The notes below the pieces were generated by a model. It did not search any database, was not told where the DNA came from, and saw only the letters and a program-made list of their open reading frames with translations. DNA of 45,468 nucleotides. Origin: Toensbergia leucococca (Eukaryota). Of this stretch, positions 1 through 11,566 are shown one piece after another; position 1 is the first letter of the stretch, and every line of letters begins with the position of its first letter. The stretch is from positions 1-45,468 of the forward strand of contig JALDZS010000185.1 in NCBI GenBank assembly GCA_022813965.1, written 5' to 3'. A program made the position numbers and the translations under genes.

Positions 1-99
1 AGCTCAGTGCTTCACTCCCAGCCTGATACCTCGAAATCTCTACTCCTTTGAGCGACATCTCAGCACTCTCATGAGGCTTTGGCGGATGTGAAAGATTTC

Positions 100-720
100 T
101 ATGTGTGACGAGCAGCAATCGAGACGAAAGTGTACCAAATTCTTCCGTGTCCTAATCAAATTTCTTTTAGGCTCCGCATTGACCAAAGGAATCGAATTCC
201 AAAACAGGGCGCTTCCTCCTTAGGGCTCTAGGATCCAGTCGGTTGAGTATACAGAGCCGCAGCAATCGATACAAAAGTATACCAAATTCTCTTACGCTCC
301 GCATTCAATCAAATGAATCGATCTCCAAAACAAGGCGCTTCCTCCTTAGAGCTCTGGGATCCAGTCGGTTGAGTATACAGAGCCGCAGCAATCGAGACGA
401 AAGTATACCAAATCCCATCGTGTCCTTATTGCAAATGTCTTTTGGGCTCTGCATTTGACCATTGGATTCGATCTTCAGAGCCGGGTGCTTTCTCCGTAGG
501 ATTCTGCGACTCCGCCGGTTGAGTGTACAGAGCCGCAGCAACCGACCGAATGTGTACCATACGCGGTCGTGTCCTAATCCCGAATTATCTTTAGACTTCA
601 GGATTGATTTGGGAGGGTGGTGGATTGAGCTTGGATGTAGTGGTGGAAAAGTGCCAATGTCTCTCCCAATATACGAGGATATTGTCTGTGATGCTGCATA
701 CTCTCTGGATTGAGATGTTG
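100..720 (-). pseudogene. Probable decayed gene encoding a ~50-aa repeat protein (WYTFVSIAAALYTQP... units)
   Basis: On the minus strand each repeat unit reads (GHDxI)WYTFVSIAAALYTQPTGS. Several differences between units are synonymous (TAC/TAT, ACA/ACT), but in-frame stops and frameshifts interrupt the frame. An ATG-less open frame extends upstream to about 720. Confidence 0.45.
112..575. repeat. Degenerate tandem repeat, about 4 units with periods of roughly 147, 126 and 149 bp
   Basis: The block GCAGCAATCGA...AAAGTRTACCA recurs, ending at 137, 284, 410 and (more diverged) 559. GGTTGAGTRTACAGAGCCGCAGCAA is nearly identical in three units. Confidence 0.9.
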
Positions 721-2049
721 TGAACAGGGAGACGAAAAGTAGTCAAAAGAGGAGAGCGAACAATCGAGTTGAGGCGTGTTGTTTTACTTTTGAGAGTCTA
801 TGACGGTGAATACGTACTTGTACTGTAAGCAAGGAAGGTCATCACTTGACAAAGCTCCCACTCTTCGGCACACGCATCCTTGACCAGCGGAACTCCAGGC
901 GGCCGATCTCTAGGCCAAAATCACCATACTCAGCATTGTCGCGTCACTCGCCAAACGACTCTGCCGAGGAGCATGGGGACCCGTATGCCAGTGTTTTAGC
1001 TGCAGTGTTCGAAACGCCGAGAAGTGCCAGCTACCTTGGGCAGACGTGGAGGAATTTGGAAGACAAGAGTGGAATGGCATGTGAAGAACACGTCAACAAG
1101 CTCCAGGCTCCAAAGAGCATCACCGATGATAAGCTCGATGTGGGCATTTCACCATTTCATCAGCAAGATCACGACATGTTGTAAATGTGGAATTGCTGAT
1201 CTGGTGAATGTTATTGCCAGTGTCTCCGACGCATTGGCTACCCGGCAAGTGCAGCACCTAGGCGGCGGTGGAAAGCGAGACCAGACTGTTGGTAATGGTG
1301 TGGAAGGTTGGAAGGCTGGAAGGCTGGGAAGTTGCGTGGGGCTTTTGTTGACTAAGTTTTTGATGGGTCAGTTGACAGAGGCCGAGGCGGATAGATCGGA
1401 GAGGGTAGGATTGGGGCTACTACTTCAGTGTGAAGGAATGATAGAATAGAGTAGGAACTTGAGTGATGATGGATAAAGGGCATTAATATACTCAGTACGG
1501 ACACCATCAATAATGAAATCAAACCTTTCTTCTACAAAAAGTACTCACATGTGTTTAACAGTGAGAAAGTAACGTCTTCCTTAGCACAAAACACAAAATC
1601 AAGAGAAAATCTCAAAAAACCTTGAAAACAAAAATCTAGATTCAATTTAATTTAATTGATTACTTTTCACCCTTGGTTTCTGAAGCAGGTCGGAATGCAT
1701 TAAACTCACTTGCATGTGAGCATTTCATATTGTAGAAGATATTTATTTTTTTGAAGACATCGTTCAAAAAGCATAGTCAAAAACAATAATATTCTTTCCA
1801 ACTCAGTAACCTTAAGCGGACTTCAGATGTGCCCTGTCTATGTGTACAAAAAATCCCCTTACAAAACCCCTAATCCCCTAGAGAGGAAAAAAAGAGCGGG
1901 CGAGCGGACGGAGATCAGGCATCCGATGAAAGTTGAATAGGTTTTTGAAGACAAGGGTATGAATCTGCGTACAGCAACACATTCAACCACCAGTAAAGCC
2001 ACCCACGCACAGCAACATTTCCACCCGCTCCAGATCCTCAAAAAAACCC

Positions 2050-5000
2050 CTACAGCCTCCGCCTCTCACTCACCTCCTCAAAACAAGCCACCACATCCCC
2101 AACCTTCATCCCCACCCACCCCTCGAACCCAACCCCACACTCCGTCCCCTTCCTCATCTCGGTGACATCCTTCTTCACATTTCTCAACGACGCCACCGTC
2201 CCCTCGTACACGACCTTCGCCCCACGCCGCACACTGACCAAGCCCCCTTTACTCACAACCCCGTACCGGACCCTGCAGCCCGCAACCGGGATCTTCTCCC
2301 GCCCCTTGCCACTTATTTCAAACAGCGCCCCGACTTCTGCCTCGCCGACGACGCTCCTCGTGATGATGGGGTCGAGCACATCTTCCAAGGCCGTTTTGAC
2401 CTCGTCGACTAGGCGGTAGATGATGTTTTGGTCGAAGATGCGCACGCCTTTTATTTCTGCCATGCGGGAAATAGGCGCGTCGATGGGCGTGTTGAAGGAG
2501 ATGATGTGGCCATTTGCTGCAGCTGCGTGATCAATATCTGATTCTGTCACTTGGCCGACAGCGGAGCGGAGGATAGTGGGTTGGACGTAGGAGTTACTGA
2601 GGGCGCAAACGCTGTCGACGATGGCTTCGGCGGAACCGCTCACGTCGGCTTTGATGATGAAAAAGACTTCTTTGAGGCTGGACTGCGGGGGCTCCACAAC
2701 TTCCGGATCCCCGTCTGTAAGGGTGACGTCTTCGGTGAGAGGTTCTTCTGATTTGCGCTTTTCCAACTTGCGCTTCTCTCGTTCGACCCGGCGAGCCTCA
2801 TTAACGGCCGTCATGTCGGCAGCTCTTTTTTCTGCCTCGGCCATGTCGAGTCGGTACGCTACCACGGATTTGGCTTTTTGTTCGTCGGGTGCTTGGAGAA
2901 CTTCGTCTCCAGCGCTAGGTAGTTCTCTCCAGCCATCGATTTCTACAGGAATGCCAGGGCCGGCGGAGAGGACTTGCACGCCAGCCTCGTTGCGTAAGCC
3001 TCGAACTCTAGCCCAGCTTGTGCCAGCGACAATGACATCACTTGGCCTGATGGTACCACGTCGGACAAGCACCGTGGCGACTCGACCTGTTGTCTTTGTT
3101 GCGGCTTCGAGGACCCAACCTTCGGCGGGGCCATCCGTTTCGGCACGCATATCTAGTATATCGGCGAGCGCGACAGCGGCCTCTTCCAATTCTTCCATTC
3201 CTTGGCCTGTTTTACCACTGACGCAAACAACCTGCGTGTCGCCTCCATAGTCTTCGACATCAACCCCATGTCTTGCGAGATCCTGCTTCACACGCTCTAC
3301 ATTGGAGTCTTCCTTGTCAATTTTGTTGACTGCCACGATGATCGGGACGTTTGCGGCTTGAGCGTGCTTGATAGCTTCGACAGTCTGGGGTTTGACGCTA
3401 TCGTCTGCGGCTACTACCAAGATGACAATGTCGGTGACATTGGCTCCACGCTGACGCATACTCAGAAAAGCGGCATGGCCAGGTGTATCCAAAAACGTGA
3501 CCATCTTACCCGAGGGCATGGAGATAGAGAAAGCACCGATGTGCTGCGTTATACCTCCGTGTTCAGAAGCCACCACAGAAGACTTTCGTAGCCAGTCCAG
3601 GAGCGTAGTTTTGCCATGATCAACATGACCCATTATAGTCACAATCGGAGGTCGTGAAGGCAGCGATGACTTGTCTTCTGCTGCCGGTCTAGCATACAAA
3701 TTTACGGTATCATCACTATCGACAGTGGGATCGAAATTATATTCTAGAGCCAAGAAACCAGCATTTTCATTATCGAGTACGTGGTCGTTGTCGGTTTCTC
3801 CATAGCCCAAAGACTTCATCGTCTGAACTAAGTCTTCAACTCCAACCCTAAGAACACTAGCAAGGTTAGAGACGCTAATGAAATCTGGAAGGATAATCGG
3901 CGTAGGGGGAGCAAGTTCTTTTTTTCGCGCAGCTTTATCCTCTTTACGTTGGCGTTTGGATTGGCGTTTGGCTCTAGCATCTGCGCGATCTTCATCGACA
4001 TCGTCGTAATCAGAAATCCACTGCTGTTTCCTCCTCGCACGCGCTCTATCGTTGACCTTGCCATAAGGAATAGAATCTACTTTTGCCGACCGTGCTGATA
4101 CATCTGGCTCCATGATAAATTCTTCTCTCATTTTAAGTGTATTCTTAGATAAGACTGTATCTTGACTAGTAGCCTTTACGACCTCGGGAAGTGACGAAGA
4201 CTCGGATTCGGATGGTTTTCGATCAGGGACTGCATTTCGCAATCGCTCTTTCTTGTTGGTCTCTGTATCTTCAGAACGTCGCAGCGGCTCATCACTTGTC
4301 TGCGCCCGCGACAAATTTGATTGACCGGGCTTGAAATGATAGATTCCAGAAACTTGTGCCTGAGGAGACGGCACTTGCTGATCGGTGTCTGAACGCCGTC
4401 CAGTATATCTAACCCCTTTGAAGCCAATATATCGACCGTCTCTGGTCCGTTCCTCCCGTTCACGCTGCTCTCGCGCCCGGGTCAATTCTTGCGCCTGCTG
4501 AAGTTTCCTGATATCGTCGACTTGGGGTGTCTCTACCGATGCCTCACCTGGTGTAGTTTCCCGGGTATCGTCGAGAGGCTTCCTTGATTTTAGATGGGTC
4601 CAAGTAACGGGAATTGTCGAGTCTTTTGGGGTTGTCTCAGCTGATGATTTCTCGTGTGAATTCGGATCTCCTTGGGGTTTGGTACTATCGCACTTCATGC
4701 AATTTTTCTTATAGCTCCTGTTCCAAGCTCCACACGTAGGACAACTCCACGCTAATCCTGCAGGCTGTGGTTTTCTAGAGACGGGTGGTTTTGAGGTAGA
4801 GTTGAGATTTTGGTGAAGACTGGAGATTGAGTATTTGGTGATCTTTAGTTTGGGAATTGGGGGTTTGGCCAATGGCGTATCGTCGGGCAAGGCATCCCTT
4901 AGTCGCTCTTCCTCTGGGGTCAAAGTATTTGCAAAATTGGCCTTGGCCCATTGGAATTGAGGTTGAGGGGTTGACGTCATAGAATCCTCTCCATCTTTTT

Positions 5001-5198
5001 CTGCAGTCGCGGCACTCCATGCTTTTCTCACAGGATGGGTCGAGGCGAGGAACCTCCGTTGGATGTATGTTGGGGGCTGAAGGCGAGCAGCGCAAAAAAT
5101 ACAGACATGTGAGGAAAGCGCTTTCTAGAGAGGATCAGTACAGAAGGTGCAAGATCAGAGCAGCATGACGAGTTTACCTTGAGTACTTGTCTTCGCAT
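2050..5198 (-). CDS. IFM1: Mitochondrial translation initiation factor IF-2 (exons 5198-5178 and 5124-2050)
   Basis: G1 motif MGHVDHGKTT, EHGGITQHIGAF, DTPGHAAF, NKID, IIKADVSGS and C-terminal GTECG. A GT..AG intron at 5177-5125 joins MRRQVLK to KALSSHVCIFCAARLQ...RRFLAST, an Arg-rich presequence. Confidence 0.96.
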
Positions 5199-5624
5199 GA
5201 TCCAAGGATTGGCTGACCTTCGAGTTGTAACAAGAAGCTATCGAAAGATTTCAATGAAGAGTACGGGGGCCAGTGCGGCATGATGTGCAAACTAGAATAT
5301 CTGGCAGGACTTCTTGACTACCGTACGCGCCCCTTGCCCCTTTCTTTTACCTTCAGAGATGAGTGCTTTTATAGGTATTTATCATGTTCAAATACCATAG
5401 CATTCACTCATATACAGAGGATTCTACTTGTGCTTCTGAAAGGATTCTTGAAAAATGGATGGCTGGTGACGAACAGTAGCACTCTTATTAAAGCGGTACA
5501 ATCCCTTTTATTATTCTATAATTTCTATCGAATAATATCAATATTTCTTGTATCTCCAACAACATCCGCTTTCAAATACTTGTTTTGAGCTTATGCTAAA
5601 CATTTCAAACCCTCCCCATCACTG

Positions 5625-6200
5625 CTATCCGTGACAATCATAAATTTCAGTCATGCAACTCGCAGCAAAATTGTCATCCATCTCACTCTGAACGTCCACC
5701 TGAAGTAGAGATGACCAAAAGAAGGCAATATCATGAACAAATCCTTTTAGCAAATACTCCACCCTCCAGACCGAATCCATTTTCTTTGCCGAATATGCCA
5801 TAGCCTGAAGCTCAGGTGTGTACATCCTCTCTCACAATCGACTACCTGAACACTCACTCATCCCCAACGAACACGGCACAAATACCAGTTTCAATCTCAT
5901 TCAAACAACTTTACTCATACCCCCAAACCGTCCGATTTCTATTCAAGCCCGCTACATAAACGCTGCCATTCAAAAAAAAAAACAGAAACAACTCCGCCTC
6001 TCCACCTACGGAACCTTGATTGTCGATGCCGAAAGCAACACAACCGCCACCATCTTTTTGTTGGTATTTGGTATGCAATATATCATGCAAAGCCAAGTGA
6101 TAGATTTTCTTTGCCTGATGAAGATGAGAAATTATCAAGGGGTGACAGATACCACTGGAATAGCCTGCCTGATTGCCTTCCATGTGAGACCATCAATCAA
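5625..6200 (-). pseudogene. Possible degraded coding remnant of unknown family
   Basis: Two consecutive short minus-strand ORFs (5911-6183, 5625-5825) with protein-like composition, separated by stops and flanked by AT-rich DNA. No motif recognised. Confidence 0.25.
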
Positions 6201-6693
6201 CCCCTAGCGCCAACGCAACAACACTAAATCTCAAATCCCCCGCCCCTCACCTTCAGCGCCATCTCCAAAACTCTCATATTAGAGAGTAGGCTACTAATAG
6301 ATGTGCTGAATTGTTGTACCCCGCGATCATTGTACATAGCTGGAGTGATGTTTTGAGATGAAGACCCCAGGAGTCTTTACTGATACCTATACCAGAAGGA
6401 GCCAAGTTCACATTTGTACACGCTGTAGAACCCAAGAATCATGAAATGAACCATCTTGATGGATATTGTAGATTACAAACGTCGTTCAAAGTCTCGTGCA
6501 TTGAATATGTTTCGGCACAAGTAATTGATTGTTATACATGGAATGCATGTGATCGACTTGGTCAGCAGAGGTATTTCGACATAGTAAAGCACGAAGAGAA
6601 TCTTGTGTTGTTCTTATCTCTTCTCAGTATCCTGTGTATCAAGACGTATTACATTCTTGCAGCCCCATTCGCCAACTAAACAAACAATCCCCC

Positions 6694-8880
6694 CTAATGC
6701 GCAAACCGAAAATCCAACCTCTTGTTCCCCTCATGCTTCGTGGTTCTTAAATAAGTCTCCCGTTGCTCCTTATCCATACCATCCCAGACCTTCGCTCTGG
6801 CGCTGTTGCGGCGCATGTAGTACATCTTCGTGGCGCCGATCATGACGAAGTTCACAGCGACAATGGCGAGGAGGACTTTGTTCCCGTAGCGATAGAGGGG
6901 CGCGTCGGAGGTGCGGTAGATCTGTTTGGTTGGGAAATCAGTTGAGGGCTAGGGAGAGGGTTGAAGAGGCGATGTTACGTACGTTGGCAGAGATAATTTG
7001 GGAGGCTTGGACTGTCATATTGTATATAGCGCTGCCGACTGTGCGAGTGCGAACGGAGCCTGCGTTACGGCTTGTGAGAGCGACTTCGGTGGAGGGTTAG
7101 CTCATATTGAACAAATGGTTCCTGCAACCCGGGTTTGTCAAAACTTACCAAGAATTGCTTGGATGTACGGATACCCGACTAGCATGACATTTATTGCATA
7201 ACGAGCCCACTGCTCACTTTTCCCACCGGGCAGAAATTCTAGCGCGATCAACAACGGCAAGAACCACACCTGGCACACTACCACAATCAAAAATCGATTG
7301 TTGATTTTCTCCGACAACCAGGTCCAGAAGATCAGTTGGCAGAAGAAAAGAGCAAAGGCGGGGATGGTGAGAAGGTTTGTGATGAAGGTATCGAAGCCAA
7401 TGGCCCTGAGAGTTAGGGTAAGGTAATTCGTGGCTGGCGTGCCTGGAATGGACCACGTTAAGCCGAGAATGTAGATGGGCCACATGTCGTAGTCTGTGAG
7501 GGCTTTCCAGAGGAGAGTAAAACCCACGGCTTCGCTTTTGGGGAAAAGAAGACGTTAGTGGGAGGGTAGAGAAGGCAATAGCGAGATGGCAAGCAGCACT
7601 TACCGGTTGTGCATGTCGCCTTTGCTGGGATCATCGCGGAGGATGCGATTCACCATGATAATCTAAATGATTGGAAGTCAATGATCATCCTAGTCATGTT
7701 GAACTCGCATATCACTTACCTCTTCGCGCTCACTAAACCAACCGTTCTTGCCCCTGAAAAAGCTTGCCGTTTGTGTTGGCGAAGGAGGAAGATAGAAGCT
7801 ATGACGAGATTAGACAAATTGCTGATGATCCAAAGGCCTAGAAACACGTACTACGAAATGATACCAATCAAAGCTGTTATGGCGCCTTCGATTGCAAATA
7901 GCCATTGCCATCCGGCCATACCATAGACGCCGGCCAAATGTAAGATCCCAAATGCCATGAAAGCAGAGACAATGCTCGTCAGAATATACGCTCCATAAAA
8001 GAAGCTCAAACGAAGCGGAAGTTCGCTGCTCTTGTAGAAATAGGTCAAGTAAAGAATGACATCGGGTACGAAGCCGCCTTCACACATCCCGAGAAGGGCT
8101 CGAGTCAAATAGAAGGTTGATCTGCCTGTGATGCGGGACTGGCAACTGGTAACGATACTCCACAAGCACATCTGGATGGGAATCCAATTGTCGGGACCAA
8201 TCCTCTTGCTGATCAATTGACTATGAATTGTGAGCTTGAAGTGCTGTTATGATATGGGGCTCTGGTTAATGGACTGACGAGGGTAGTTCCGCTACTAAGA
8301 AGCATACGAAGTAGAGCGTCATGCCCAGGTTGTAGTCATTCGTCGTAAGATGGAGGTCCTCTAGGATGTGTCCGAGGTACGCCTTGCTTGGCTTCGCACG
8401 TATAAACTCACTCAGCAGATTGTCAGATAGCGCTTGGCCAATGTTCCCTCGATCAAGTTGCAGGGCGAAAAACATGAAGCAGACCCAGGAACAGATCTTG
8501 TAATCAAGCTACATGTCATTAGCATTGATTCGTGGTGAGCTGGAGATTTCTTGCCTTACTCTTCTTATCAAGGATCTCTCCTCTTTCTCAGTCCATTGCG
8601 CCGTGGGATCATACCGGTGTCTTCCCTCATAGGAAGCAATTGGCACATAGAACTCTTGTAGGCCTTCTTCTCGGTATACATCACTCTTGATGTTGGCTGT
8701 CTTTTCAGCAGACTTTGGATCTGATAGACTACTAGACACAGACGAAGATTCGACTGTGTGCGAACTTGTAGGCCTTCCGTTAGATTGGCCTTTAAGCCGA
8801 CGTAAGAGACGTGCAATGGAGGAAGAAGATGGCTCTATGTTCACGACTGCTAAAACAGGTAGATGAGAAGTTGCTGCCAT
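6694..8880 (-). CDS. MFS transporter, Dal5/ACS (allantoate permease) family, Soa1/AstA-like sulfonate/sulfate transporter; 9 exons
   Basis: The spliced product has [93 protein letters not shown] and C-terminal [11 protein letters not shown]. Eight canonical introns were traced (first at 8559-8509). Confidence 0.93.
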
Positions 8881-9328
8881 GGTCCCTGAATGATCGATGA
8901 TGTTGCCCAGATACTGTACAAGACGTGGTACTGGTACATAAACAAAGAACAGACAAATTTCCGATAGCCATGCCACTATGCTATCATATATACAGAAGTC
9001 TCAAGCCGACACGGACGATTGTTGCCTTTGTTCCGAGAATCACGACTTTCTTTCTTCGCCAGCGCCCAGGATATACATACCGTATGTTGTACTTGTGAAA
9101 TAAAGGCATACCAGCTTGCGCTGGCCAAGAGTGTAGATCTCCGAGACGTGATTCTAGGAACGGCAACATTGTAGAGTGAGGTTACTTGGTCCACAAGACA
9201 GAACTGATCTAGACCAATGATGAAGCCTGCATAGCAACATCTCACGCTTGTAAAAAATGACCAGACTGAATGAGGCCTCAATCCGATGACGAAGGACCGA
9301 GGGACCGACGTCGCGCAGTCGAAGCGTG

Positions 9329-9338
9329 ATGGCGTGAT
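9329..9338. promoter_or_regulatory. Candidate CYS-3/MetR-type bZIP site (ATGGCGTGAT)
   Basis: One mismatch from the CYS-3 consensus ATGRYRYCAT, located mid-way in the shared promoter of two sulfur-scavenging genes. Confidence 0.35.
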
Positions 9339-9492
9339 GCAGGGGAAAGACGTCGAAATTAACGTGGTATACTAAAGAGAAGACTAGCTGTTATTAGGCT
9401 AGCTGATAAGTGCAGTCGCATCTATGCCTGAATGGGATGATGACACCGGGCAGGAGAAAAGAAACATCACCTGACGAAGGAGTAGAATCCTG

Positions 9493-9519
9493 GCCTGTCA
9501 TGCCTGTCATGCCTGTCAT
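9493..9519. repeat. Perfect 9-bp tandem repeat (GCCTGTCAT)x3 in the divergent promoter
   Basis: Read directly from the sequence. Confidence 0.9.
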
Positions 9520-9761
9520 TTTTGTATGATAGACTCCAAAAAGACTCCAGAAAGGTGTGCACCCCGCATAATACCCGTCACCACAGTTGCTTGAACCTCG
9601 GCCAATAATGAATCCAATCGTGGAGCTTTTATATATATCTGTCCTGCTTTCGGAGAATGTCAGCATCAATCCTAGATCCATTATCCCTTGAAATCAGACT
9701 CCCAGACTAAATCATTTCATCAAGAACATAACCCATCGTTCCATCAATAGTACTGTCCATC

Positions 9762-11102
9762 ATGGCACCAGTCGCAACGTCAACCATGCAGCAGCCCGAA
9801 GTAGATTTGAATGTCAAAGTTCTCGAGTACAAAGAACAACTCGCAGGACCGAATACTTACAACAAGAAGGCCGAAGAGGAAGGCACCAAAGATCAGCCCA
9901 AAGCCAAAGTCAGCAATCATTCGTAACATAATTCAAATTGGAGCTTTTCAACTGACACTCGCTCTGCCAGTATCCTCATTACTTACCCACCTGGAACCCT
10001 GCCCAGAAATACCCTCCTCTTGAGCCATTCACTCATCGCGATCATGGTTTGGACGCAGATCCAACCTTTCCTGATCTCCTGTCATCTTCGGCCCAGATAG
10101 AAGACCTGACTCCAACCATTGGTTCCGTTATTAAAGGCATTCAATTAAGCGAGTTGAACGAGGCCGGAAGAGATCAAGTCGCCCTGCTCACCGCTCAACG
10201 CAAGGTACTTGCTTTCCGTAATCAGAATTTCGCAGATTTGCCAATTGAGAAGGCCGTTGAATTTGGAAGGTATTTTGGGAGACTTCATATTCATCATTCG
10301 AGCGGGAGTCCAGAGGGCCATCCTGAAATCCACCTGGTGCACCGAAGCGCGAATGATCCAACCGCAAAGAATGTTCTTGCTCAACGAACTTCGAGCCTTG
10401 TCTGGCACAGTGATATCACCTATGAGAACCAGCCTCCGGGAACATCGATTCTGTACATCTTTGACAAGCCTACCACCGGTGGAGATACACTCTTCGTTGA
10501 TGGAGTCCAAGCCTACAGAAGACTGAGCCCAGCCTTTAGAGAGAGACTGCATGGCCTGAGTGCCGTGCATTCTGGCGTTGAGCAGGCTGAAGCAGCCAAA
10601 GCGAAAGGCGGTGTTGTGAGGAGGGAGCCTGGCCAGAGCGTACACCCAGTCGTGAGGACACATCCTGTCACAGGGGAAAAGGCGCTTTATGTGAATTCGC
10701 AGTGTACGTCGTTCGCTGTAACCATCAGAGATCGGAGTCGAATACTGACCGACCATTAGTCACTCGCTACATTGTCGGTTATAAAAAGGAAGAGAGTGAT
10801 ATGCTGTTGAAGTTTCTGTATGATCACATTGCTTTTGGGTCCGACTTTCAAGCCAGAATAAAGTGGGAAGAGGGAAGTGTCATCCTATGGGATAATCGAG
10901 TCACTGGCCACACCGCCGTTATGGATTGGATCAACGTACGTACCCAATTCGAACCTCCCTTTGATCAATAAATATGCAGTTGACACCTTTTTAGGGCCAA
11001 CGTCGTCATCTTGCACGTATCACGCCACAAGCAGAGAGACCGTACAACACTCCATACGATGCCGAAGCTGAAGCTAAGGTCGAGAGTGACGCCTCAGCAT
11101 AA
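9762..11102 (+). CDS. Alpha-ketoglutarate-dependent sulfonate/taurine dioxygenase, TauD/TfdA family (Jlp1-like); exons 9762-9908, 9971-10703, 10760-10935, 10995-11102
   Basis: LTPTIGSVIKGIQL, WHSDITYE (HxD facial triad), GGDTLF, HPVVRTHPVTGEKALYVN, WDNRVTGH, RITPQAERP. All three introns are GT..AG and preserve frame. Confidence 0.95.
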
Positions 11103-11566
11103 ATCAGTAGTTTCACTGACTTGTTCTGGACGCTCGAAAATGAATGGAGAATGGACGGGAAAATGTCGTCGTACAAATTGGAATGGTGATCAATTCAACT
11201 GATATTGTTGTTCGTGATGAGAAATAGGAAAATGTTAGTGACTTAGCTCTATATATCCCAATTATCGGTAGCAACTAGCCAAAACTTGTCTTCAGCCAAA
11301 GAGCTGGTCACAGACTATCACGAAATTCAAGCCCCTCTGATATTTGACAATGGCTCAGATCTTGGAGCTTTGGTTGATGATTTGAGAACAGTCCATTTAC
11401 ATGGATTGTCAGACTGATCGCATGCTATCATTCATGCCTGACTGTCAACAAATCACTAGGATGCCTGTCGATTATGTTCAAAGGGACAAATAGGGTATTG
11501 AGTAGAGTGAAAAGACCATAATATTCCTGAACACCGAAAAGGCATATCATAAACCCTCGAGCTCGA

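Noticed and set aside
112..575. CRISPR-like appearance of the repeated GGTTGAGTATACAGAGCCGCAGCAATCGA block
   Set aside because: The intervening sequences are homologous to each other rather than unique spacers, the genome is eukaryotic, and no cas genes are present.
846..1449. Plus-strand ORFs 846-1184 and 1024-1449
   Set aside because: Non-ATG starts, overlapping frames and no motifs. At most they shadow the 5' part of the decayed minus-strand gene.
1855..1882. CCCCTAA-like motifs suggesting telomeric repeats
   Set aside because: Only two or three imperfect units, not a (CCCTAA)n array.
2162..3591. Long antisense ORFs over IF2 (similarly over TauD, VPS41 and App1)
   Set aside because: Expected shadow ORFs of GC-rich coding sequence with no independent coding signal.
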